From positions 62,001-126,000 of the forward strand of contig JALMLS010000378.1 in the NCBI GenBank assembly GCA_038496445.1: DNA of 64,000 bases. The letters run 5' to 3'. Each line of letters opens with the position of its first letter. Positions within the stretch are counted from its first letter, which is position 1. Shown here one piece after another: positions 13,377 to 24,408 of this stretch. The DNA is from Trichosphaerium sp. ATCC 40318. Taxonomy: Eukaryota; Protista; Tubulinea. A model generated the notes under the pieces. It ran no database searches and was not told where the DNA came from. It saw only the letters and a list, made by a program, of their open reading frames with translations. The position numbers and the translations under genes were made by a program.

Positions 13377-15469
13377 TTATTCTAATGGCATGCCTACTTT
13401 CTTGTGTACAGTGTTTTTCATGTTGAACTTTGTGACATGTCTCTGACGGAACCTGAATGGAAACACTCTTTCACGAAGAGATGGTGACTTTTTTAGAGAT
13501 ATGATGATACCCAAGATGACGAGTATTATGATGCCAACAACAACACATAGTATCACCTTAAAAACCGACTCAGCCAAGTTACAGTGAAGAACCAATTAAA
13601 CACTTACAATGATTGTCCAATTTGTATTACATCTTTTTTCGGCACTGACAAGGAGGATAAGCCTTTTTTCTACAACACAGTGTAAGATTAATAATGGGAA
13701 TTATGGATACCTTGTTCAACAACAGAATTTTGTTTACAAGAATCGCCATTGTTAATTGATACAATTGGTCGTGTAAGGGTACAATAATCACCTATATTGT
13801 GTGAAGTTCGTGCGAAAACAGTAGTCATGTGTTGATAGCTTACCTTGCCATTCGACAATTGAAGAAGATTGTTTAAAGTCATTAACCACAAGGGTTGAGT
13901 TCTCATGAGGAAGAAAGCATCCACCCACAGTTATCTTGACTCCTTCATTCAAGACGACAATAGATCCACTTGGAACGATCAAATCACCTTGATATCATTA
14001 AGCTCTATAATTTTAAACTATCACGTGCCATCAAAAAACAATGGTTCAGTAACCTTTAATGTCCCATTGACTACAGTGTTGTTTGATACACTTACACTGT
14101 TGTTGACTGGAATCGGGGTCGATGTAGATAAACTTGAAGGTAAAGTGGTCGGCAGTTCAGTAGGAGGTAGTGAACTTGGACCAAGTGTTGTAGGAGGAGT
14201 TGAAGTATGTGGAGTTGTGGGTGTGAGCACAGCTGGAGGTTCTGTAGTAGGCGGTTCTGTTGTAGATTTGGTTGATGGAGATTCAGTGGAAAAAGGCGGC
14301 TTGGTTGTAGGTGGTAGTGTACTTGGCTGTACAAGCGACTTTAGCTCCAGTTGATACCTGTTAACATAAGTGCCACTTTCGATGTGCATATTTGCTATAA
14401 TGCCTAACAGTTGTTAAGTCGCCTGATATATCCATTAATACTTACTATTGAACCCTGCATAAATCTCGATCTCATTTAACTATGTTGTACTGGTAAACTA
14501 TTTTCAAATTCTCCATTGATGTATACGCTGGCGTTTGATCCTTGTGTACTAATTGCAAAATGAGTCCATGTTTGTTTGAGAATTTCAAAACTGCGTTCGG
14601 AAGTGGAATCCTTAGCGTGGTATATTAGTTCACCAATTTCTGCATTGTGGTTATTAACAATATTCTGCTAATATTTCGTGCCTATGGAGATCACCAGTTC
14701 TTCGCCCATCCAAGATTTAAACGAAATTTTATAGGTATCCTGATTGACCTCTATGTATTTAAGTTAGCTTGGTTTAGGCAATCTTTTTTGGTGCCTTGAA
14801 AAAACACCAAGAAAGAGATAAAAATATCATTCGGAAACTGACGGAAAGGTAGTGTGTAGGTATTGGAAGCCTACTATATATTAGATAACATTTTTACGGT
14901 GAACTGTACTTCTAATCTTAAGCGATACTGTTGCGTGCAGTTATCCTAAGTTGGATTTAGTCTTCTTTGTCTTACTCAAAACGTTCCTGGCAATCAAGTG
15001 CTAACATTTTTTGTTAGAAGATATAAACGGCGGTGATGATTACGTAGGTACGGAGGTTTAATGCTAAAGTGTCGAGGGTCACCTACGACACCATCGCAAA
15101 TGGGAGTGATACTGAAAATGATGCTACCGCCATCTACACCGATCGTGAGGTTCCCACACTGTATACGGTCTAATATGCGAAACGTTTTATTCAAGTACTG
15201 TGTCTCAATTCTAAATTGGTCGACATTGCCCAAGTGCTCAACTTGTATCTCACTGCGAAAGTTGTAATAATCTTCTACAATTGTTAAACGTACCACAAAG
15301 GATAGATTAACCCAGTTGGATGGCCCTCATATACAGTTATATCTGAAATATTCCCAACCTAATATAAATACATAAACAACGCATGTGACGCCACATTATG
15401 TACCTGCGAGTAAGCTAAGGGAAGTACTAATACGAAAATGATCATAGTAGCGATATGAATCTCTGCCAT
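13377..15469 (-). CDS. Type I membrane protein family, copy 4
   Basis: Signal MAEIHIATMIIFVLVLPLAYSQ; WTHFAI..QGSNASVYING; PT stalk; VILCVVVGIIILVILGIIISLKKSPSLRERVFPFR. Confidence 0.65.
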
Positions 15470-15849
15470 GTTCAACCGGATAGAGCAAGGTAAAGAGGAG
15501 GTGTTTGTCGTTAAAGATCCAATTCGGCAACAAGTATTCAACAAATGTCCACGTTCACGTGATTTCACAATTTAAAAAAGTTTATCCATTCACATCGTAT
15601 TAAACCTGAGGCAAACAAATCCTACTATTCGATACTTGGGAAAGTGGTAAAGTTCTATTTGGTTTAAAAGGTGTTTTTAAAGCCAACTAATTGAATAGGT
15701 TTTTTGAAGATTGTTAGGAACTTATTTTTTGGTTGAGCGTATTGCTACAGTGAGTGCCATTGAATAGACGTGTTAAAGAGGGGTCACAGCTCGGTAAAAC
15801 TGTCATGTCATCAAATACAACTGAAATAGAACCGATAAAGGAATAAAAC

Positions 15850-16352
15850 CCATACCCGGTATTTAAGCAACGAGCAGCAATAAAATGAAGCTCTTTCTTG
15901 TTTTATCCGCAAACTCACATTTGTTATGATCATAAACTCCGATTTTTGCTTGTTGTTGCATAAACAGCTAATGTATCAGCATCTCTAGAACGATCAGAAT
16001 ACATAAGATGAATATAAAGACCATCGTATATGAGCTCTCCATCAAAGTAAGCTTCTCCAAGTCGAAAGCCAACATCTCATTTCAGGATAATAAGTCTCAC
16101 CTTGTTCAGTGCATCCACGCATCATAATACCTACAGCAACACCACCTTATTCAAAGGTTTTTCTATTGTCTGTAAACACCAGTTGCAATCCTTGTTTGGG
16201 CTTTAATTTCACAAATCTGAGTGATCTGCGCTATATACTCAGTGTTTGGATAATACTCTGTAGGAGGAACAACGTCGCCTAGTTCGCATGTGTACGTTCC
16301 TGATCGACCACCAAATACAACGGCAAGCACGCAAAGAAATATATAGTCTCAT
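15850..16352 (-). pseudogene. Possible degraded secreted-protein gene
   Basis: Signal-like hydrophobic start (LCVLAVVFGG) and coding-like composition broken by stops and frameshifts; no family recognised. Confidence 0.2.
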
Positions 16353-16879
16353 GCGGTTTGAAGGCTAAGAACGGCCTTTCACTGTTCTTAGCTACAAGGT
16401 CTTTGTCAATAGAATTTTCGCTTGAAATGGAATTCACTGGTTTCAGGCTTTGATAGGCAAAGTCACTCGCTGGAAGATTCTATCATAGCAAGGTTAAAGC
16501 TATGTCGATCTCATATTAAGCTGACTGCTGCCGTAAATAGCTAATGTAGCGGAAGACTATATTGTCGCTTCTTACACTTGCTTAACGTTTGAAAGAACTA
16601 TTACTCTTTGTTGTTTTATGGTAATAACGAATGGTGACTCGGAAAAGAAATAGAGCCTCTCGTACTGTTAACAATTCTTAATCTATTCGGTTGTAGAGAC
16701 AAGCAACAATTATGAAAAAAAAACTGCTTGCACAACAATCAATAAAACTAACCTAGCAGTTGTTCTCGATAGCGTCCATCCATACAACTTCCAAGAGACA
16801 GATGAACCGTAACCGTTTAAATGGTTCCACAAAGTTTCGGACTGACCAAATCATTGATGTGAAGAAACTTGGACTACCT

Positions 16880-19580
16880 TTACGCTTTGAACTGTTGAAA
16901 ATATCCTTGAAAAATCATGTAGCTACACTTTTTACAAAACAAACTTTTCCCAAACTATTCTAAGTAAAGCCGTGTTGACTTGTAAGATGCTGATCGGTAT
17001 CGATAGTATATTGAACGTCCGTAGTATTCAGCGCGCAAAGCAAAACCTCATACCCGTACCTCATCGTGAACCTCACTATTTAGAAAAACGTGGGTAACAA
17101 AAGGTCTATCTTTTCGTCTTGAGCATAAATGATGCTAGATACAACGTCTTACGAATACCCATAGCCATGGGGCGCGGAATAATCAATGCGAGTGTTTTTT
17201 CGTGGACTAGCGAGCGCCTTTACGTTTACATTAAAAAAGTTGTTCACACGTGCACACTTTATTTTTGAAGTGTCCACGAGCTTCTTTACTGTCTTAATCT
17301 CAATATTCCACGCTGTACACCCGAGTACTTGAATATATCGTGAAGAATGAGCGAGTTCGCGCGTGTCGTGAAGAGTAATATTTACTAACACAAAATAACA
17401 TGTTCTAGTGCTAGCTGGAGCGTTTGTGCTTTTGTGGAGATACACGGCTTCGCGATTGTTGTCAACCGTTTTTTTGTGATGTGATGTTACTTATTTTTTT
17501 TCAAGCGAGTAAGTTTGTCTTGCAATTGAACTCTTCGTTCATGCAGCAAGTTTTGAACAAGTTTTATTTTTTTCAGTGATTACTTTCGTGGTTTGTTTTT
17601 GGCCTCGACCAACACGACTACAACACGTTAAAACCACCAAGTTTTGATAGGCAAACTCTTTAGCCAGTCAATAAAACAAATATCAACAATACAAACATAA
17701 CAAACAACAAACAAACTTACAAACTGTTTCCTCAAATGATAAACACTTCGAAACTCTTAGTACGACATTCACTTTTTGTCAAATAAGCCTGCTCTAACAT
17801 AGTGCAATTCGTAGATACTGATATCAATGATTGTATGTGTGACCAATGCGTATGTCGTTCTATCAACTGAAATGTCAGCGACAGATGCACAAGCTGCTTG
17901 TCAAAGTACTCATGGCACAGATCTAGCAACAATCACTTCTCAACAAGACCACGATGATGCCATTGATGCCTGTAATGCCCTTGGCCTTGGTGAGCAATGT
18001 TGGATTGGCGCTACTGATGCCCTTGATGAAGGTACTGCGTTTAAGCAAATACTCCATCATAGCAAGGTCTCACTTTTTAATTGCAGACATATTCCTTTGG
18101 AGAGATGGAAGTGCTGTAGACTACAACCGATTCATGTCTTTGATTGTCACCAGGAATAGTGCTGGAAGAAACTGTGTTGCACTCTCAACCCTTTTTTCTG
18201 GATGGTTCTACGAAACATGTGACGCCTTCAGATACGCTGTTTGCAACGAACCTGTCACTGCAGCCCCTACCGACGCGCCTACAATGGCTCCATCAACCTA
18301 TGTTACCCTCAGCTCTACTTATGACGCTGTCTACGGACAAGATGCATGCCAATCTATCTACGGAACAGACATGGCCAAAATTACAAACGCAGCAGACAAC
18401 GCAGCTGTACAACAAGCTTGTGCTGATGCTGGAGCATCGCAATGTTGGATTGGCGCAAACGAAATTGCCAATGAAGGTACCTTAGAACGTCTTTCATGTG
18501 GCACCTCGTAAGTTCTTACTCTTTTATAGGTACTCTCGTATGGCATGATGGCTCTGCAGTGACATACACCAACTTTGATTCATCAAACAACAACGATCCT
18601 ATTGTCGATTGTGTTAGTATCTTTGCAAGTGGCACCGATGCTGGTAAATGGAGATACAATATCTGCGAAGAAGGTGTCAGACAAACTGTAGTATGCAACG
18701 CTCCTGAAACTGCATCATACGTTGCTGGTGGAATTTACGATGCCTCACTTGGTCAAGATGAATGCCAATCTATGTATGGCACAGATCTCGCCAAGATTCT
18801 AACTGAAGCTGACAATATCGCTGCACAAACAGCATGTGCTGATGCTGGAGCCTCACAATGTTGGATTGGTGCAAACGAAATAGCACTTGAAGGTATGTAT
18901 CCACTACTTTTTGAAAGCAATAGCTCTAACTTTGTTGATAAAGGTACTCTTGTATGGCATGACGGCTCTTCTGTTGAGTACACCAACTTTGATTCATCAA
19001 ACAACAATGACCCTATCGTTGATTGTGTAAGTATCTTTGCAAGTGGTACCGATGCTGGTAAATGGAGATATGACATATGCGAAGAAGGTGTCAGGCAGAC
19101 GATCCTTTGCAATGCTCCTGTTGTGCACTCATATGTGACACTTTCTTCAACATATGATGCTTCACTTGGACAAGATGCATGCCAATCTACCTACGGAACA
19201 GACATGGCCAAGATTACAAACGCAGCAGACAACGCAGCTGTACAACAAGCTTGTGCTGATGCTGGCGCTTCTCAATGTTGGATTGGTGCAAACGAAATTG
19301 CCAATGAAGGTACGTTCGATTTGTAGTACTTTGAGGTAACTCTAAAGTCTTACTCTACTAATAGGTACTCTCGTATGGCATGACGGATCTGCAGTGACAT
19401 ACACCAACTTTGATTCATCAAACAACAACGATCCTATTGTCGATTGTGTGAGTATCTTTGCAAGTGGCACCGATGCTGGTAAATGGAGATACGATATCTG
19501 TGAAGAAGGTGTCAGACAAACTGTCGTTTGTAATGCTCCTTAAACAAACACCATGTGCTTAATAAACAAGCTTTACACTC
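16880..19580 (+). repeat. Left arm of inverted segmental duplication (partner about 44960-47640)
   Basis: Near-identical reverse complement from about 17170-19580; weaker similarity outward to about 16880. Confidence 0.9.
17736..19543 (+). CDS. Secreted protein with four C-type lectin-like domains (copy A)
   Basis: Signal MINTSKLL|ILISMIVCVTNA; four units of AQAAC..DLATIT..CWIGA..EG|TLVWHDGS..Y.NF..DCV..W....C.....VCN, each with an intron at the same position. Confidence 0.9.
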
Positions 19581-19774
19581 ATTTGATCTTAAAACCACCT
19601 CTACTGATACTACAAGAAATAGTAGCTAGCATATCAATCGGTTTGCGTTATTTACTGTAGACAATGAAGTTGTATCACGTGATAAACATAAGAGCGTTAA
19701 AAAGCTATTGACGTGTGAAAATAACTTTATTATGCTATTGTGTTTATTGCAGAAAGTATTGAATAGGTAAAAGT

Positions 19775-22700
19775 TTATGACGATCCACGATGAAGCCTGA
19801 AAAGATCAAACCCTGTTTGATCACTTGTTGCTCTAACTGGTCTGCATCCATTACAGCAAGCGTTCTTTCTAATACACCAACATTTGTATGGCATTCCACC
19901 ACTGTATAGTAGATGTGGGAGTTCGCGAGTGTAGATTGCATCAGAACACTGTGGGTCTCTTGCTGCTGCAACGGCACATTCATTGGCAAAGAGATGCTGG
20001 CTCCATTGCTCGGCACGTCCTCGCATAAATACTTGTTTCTTACAATCCTTCCACGTTTGTCCAGCACAAGTATGGTGTCTTCTTCCTTGGCCAAGGTCTG
20101 CATAATTAAAGTGACCATCACAGTAACTGTCAGCCTGCCTAAAGACGAGCCTAGGAGGATCGAATGCAGGTGTATCCGTTTTTGGTTCAAAATCACAGTT
20201 TCTACAGTCGCTTGTCATTCGCCATTTTGGTTGACGTGTAACGTTTTTGTTAAGATTTGCGTCATCACAAGTTATGCATTCGTCTCCGTGTCTCCATGGG
20301 ATATCTTGATGTTGAGGAGGAGGAACAAATCCTGAGAATAGACGACCTGCGCCCTTGTACCAACATGTCGAGTTGTAAGCTGGGTCTCCTGGGTGTGTAA
20401 CTTCTTCTGGGCCAAAAGTTTCGGTAGCTCTTCGCGCACGGACGGTGTAACACATATCTACACGATCCCATGGTTCTCCAAGATTTGTCACGATGTCTTT
20501 GCATATTTGAGGAATGAGATTTGCTTGTCCGTTGTATCTGTTTGGTTGAAGTCCTCTAGGCAAGACCATGTATCCTGTACATCCACCGCGTATCTCACAA
20601 TCTCTTTCACAAATATTGCCGTCATTGTAGATTCTATGGCATGCTAAATATGCTGTTAGAGGAAGGAATCAAGACAAACAAATCAAAAACTAAAGCTTAC
20701 TAAATATTCTCTCTGGTTTAGGGAAGAAGCAATGATCAATACGACTAAAGAAACAAAGTCAGAACACAAACCGAAAAGAAAAGAAAAATTACGCACGTGT
20801 ATCCTCCAGCAGGGTTCGCAAGACCATAGATGTCTCTAACTTGTCTGTTCACATAGTTAACATCAATACAATCTCTGTAACCTCTCCATTGCCATTGAAT
20901 AACATAGTCTCCAAAGAAGAACCAGATGGTATCGCAAGTCTTACCATATCAGCATCTTGTGGTCTGTGTGCGAAATGATCAAACTTGAAGATACCAAGAA
21001 CAAAGTCAAGCTTGGAGTTAGTGTATTCACAATAATTTCTGACTTCAAGATTGTTCTTGTATCCGAATAATGTGGCGTCATCTCTCCATAGACCAAAAGC
21101 TTCAGGTCGGGGTATGTAGTTCGGAGAAGATTTAGGGATTGCTCCACTGTAGAATTGAAGGAAAGGGTTGAAGCCAGCATCTCTAGCTTTGAACTGTCTG
21201 TGGTACACAGGCAAGTTTCGACATGCACTGTTTGGTGCTTCTCTCATGTACGTGTCCATGAGATCAAAAGATACCTCGTTGAGTCTCACTTCATCTTCAA
21301 GCTTGAGGATAACGTAGTATGAAGGTTGAGTATGACCAACTGCCCATTCGATTTCAAATTGTTGATTTGGACCGACTTGAACATGAGGAGCAGCTTGTCT
21401 TCTTGAAGGACATGGTGTTTGGGTACTAGCGATATCTGAACTTCTGCCAATTCCGAATTGCCAGTTGTGAGCTTGAGTGGTAGGGAACGAAACCAAAGCG
21501 ATAAGGAAGAGAGACAAGACAACAGAAGTTGTCATCTTTCCAGATGAGCGCATTGTCAAGCCAAGGATAGCAAGAGCCATGAAGAGGAAGGAAGTTGTTG
21601 ATTTTGTACCACTCGATGTGGCGCCTCTCGCAGCAATTACAGTTCTACCAGGGTTGGCTGGTGGAAGAGTGTTGGCAAGACATTTACACATACGAAGTCT
21701 ACACAAAAAACAAAACGTAAGTAAAGAGTCGAAAAAGCAAAGTAAAAAACAAACAGTTTGATGTTGATATTCGTACCCGATTCTGGTATCACCACTTCTA
21801 GCATCACAAGTAACTCTATTTCCATTACGTCTTTGTTGTTGGCATCTGGTATCATCATAGTAGCAAAGGCCATCAGTACCCATAGTCGCTCCTTTGGTGC
21901 CACATCCGCTTACATATGGAAGTTTGCAAGGGAAGCTTTGTGGAATGATGAGTTGTTCAATTCTTGTTGGACTGTTAACACGCTCCATATGGACAACATC
22001 ACATTGTAGATTCTCTTCAGCACATCTAGCGGTACAAGATTGACCTCTCTACAAAGAATTGTTTAGTCAATGACTTTCATACTACCAATAAAACAAGAAT
22101 TGTTTTTACCTCGGATTGAAACCATGTTTGACGTGGTTTACTTCTGGTTGATTGAGTGAGTTTGAGCGGTCCCCTGCCACCATTATTTGGCCAATAAAAA
22201 GCGCCAGTATTAGCGTCACCTTGTTTAATCAAACAATGAAACGTTACTGGTCCTGTTCCTCTTGGTGGAGCCTTCCACTTCCATGTTGACTTAAGAGGCT
22301 TGAGTTCAGCGCTGTTATGTGTGATACTTTGGCGACATGAGTGTGAATTAGGCCAAGGTAATTGAAAAAAAGCTACAAGACAAGTCAACAGGTGAAACTA
22401 CGAAAAGCAAAGAAAACAAAGGCAGAAAAATTCGCCATGAAAAAAAAAGAAAAAGAACTTTTGCGTAGTTTGGAAAACATTTATATTTAGAAATGATTGG
22501 TTTTTTCCAGGTTTGTATACAACGTACGGTTCTTTTCATCTGGTAGAAGCCATTCTCCAACTCTGTTTCCATTATTGTCTTGGGCATAGATGAGAATACC
22601 GCGGTATTTGAAATCATAGTTGTTAACACGAATGCTAATGTCCATCACTGTTTCTGGAATGTATTGGGACTCTTGAGCGTCTTCTGCACCAGCCCAAGTA

Positions 22701-22939
22701 CTGTAGGCGTTGTGTCGAACGACCTTAGTTGCCCATGACATACGAGGTTCTGGTCTTTTTCTACAGGTTAGTCTGTCGACTACACCGTTTCCGAATACTC
22801 TGTAATCAGCAGGAGGACATCCCCAGTCAGGAGAAGCAGCATCACAGTTTGGTACAGACGCTGTAGGTCTTGAAGCACCATATACGGACGCAATAAGAGC
22901 AATCAAACAAAGCGAGGCCAAGATAGAGGCACCACGCAT
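19775..22939 (-). CDS. Secreted Reeler-domain / LPMO-like His-brace putative polyprotein with Cys-rich C-terminus (1-nt frameshift at about 20913)
   Basis: Signal MRGASILASLCLIALIASVYG; Reeler-like YRGILIYAQD..VGEW..C..THNSA..WKAP..GTGPVTF; double hydrophobic segment, then TQA|HNW..GH..YVIQWQWRGYRDCIDV; Cys-rich tail. Confidence 0.6.
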
Positions 22940-24408
22940 TGCTACAGATAAGATTAAAAACGTAACAAAAAAACGTTTCGTTCCCACGTGATTTTTGAAA
23001 AAAAGAAAACGATTTTGGTTCGACATGTGTAGATGATAAGAAAACGATAAATGATGGAGAAGTGCGTACTTGTAAGACTTGTTGCCACTGTTGTATTTGT
23101 TTAGGAAAACTGAAGATATTTATGTGATTTCTTAGCAAACGAGGTGTGAATTAATAATGCGATACCTAGAGAACTTGCGTTCGGTGCTGCTAGCTGCGAT
23201 GCTGTCGTTTTATTTCCTCAGATCACAACTAACACCTTTTCGCTTGTATTTATACATAACGGGAGTAGCGACGAACCGCTAGTAATAGGAAACGCGCAAG
23301 TTGTAGGCAAGTGTACTTTATACATCTACCGGGATAAGTTTTTTCCTGCGTCAAGAACAGAATGCGTTATATGACGGGGGTTTTTGCGGTTTTGTTCCCT
23401 TTAAAGAGCCCTCACAGCATACTCTAATACCGCAATAAAGAAACTCCACACAGCGCTCAATTAGGTCTCGCTGTATTCATCACTAGCGCTCGTTTTTGGC
23501 AACCAGAGCTCAACTTTAATAAACTAGTTAACACGTGCGCTTACCAGTAAAGCAATTTTTATTGTATTTTCTTGTAAAGCAACACAAAACTTGTTAAAGA
23601 TTGACACTACCTTTCTGCGCCTATTCTGTCTTTCCGACTTCCAATACTGGTAAAACTCAAACTACCGCGTTCTTTAGAACATTTCACATGTCATCATCAA
23701 AACCTGGTGATTTTTCCGCGTGAGCGCTGTACAGCAACTTCAGAGACATCAAATTACAGTTCTCCATCCTTAGTACAAAGAAGGCGTTTTGGAATATTAG
23801 GTAGTTTCGTAATATTATTTTCAGCACAAGAAGAATGCGAGGTGTTGGTTATTGTAATGAATCTTTGCTTTCACAATGTATTGCTAGTTGAATAGAGCCT
23901 TGCTCGTAAATCTATTCGGAGTAAAGGTAGATCACAATGAACACTTACAGCGGAAGTAGATAAAGCGTAAAGCGACTTCTCTGCGAGTTAAAACGCTATT
24001 ATTTCCCTTTTACTGCAAGAATCTGGATGAAAAATGTCGGTTGAAATATCACATGATTTTAAAGAAATATTGTTGTTTTACGCCTTTTTTTTTTTGGCGC
24101 TAGCAGTAGTTATCAATTGCTTCAGTTGTATTGTTACTGTAACGCAAACGAATCACTCGTGGCTTACGTAGAACGACGAGTTATCCTAAATTGTCAAAAG
24201 TCTGAAAAATGTAAAAGTGATATTGAACTGTTCTCCACAAAGGGAGACAACTGGGTTATGGCGCTCACTAGCCGATAGGCTCTTCCCCCTCCCAAACCTC
24301 TCCTAAAAGGGGGGCTTTCTAAATAGTTCCTATGGCATAATATAGGATAATTAGTGTGCCGAATTGTTGAACTACAAGTCTTATGTCAAATTACTAGTGC
24401 GTTTTTTA

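Noticed and set aside
17149-17445. Conserved about 100-aa ORF in both inverted arms (also 47111-47419)
   Set aside because: It has a GTG start, no recognisable domain and divergent ends; the conservation is explained by the duplication of lectin upstream DNA.
18290-19540. CRISPR-like or satellite repeat array
   Set aside because: The repeats are protein-coding lectin domains; there is no repeat-spacer structure.
24240-24330. GC-rich C-run/G-run hairpin
   Set aside because: Single, short and imperfect; no supporting context.
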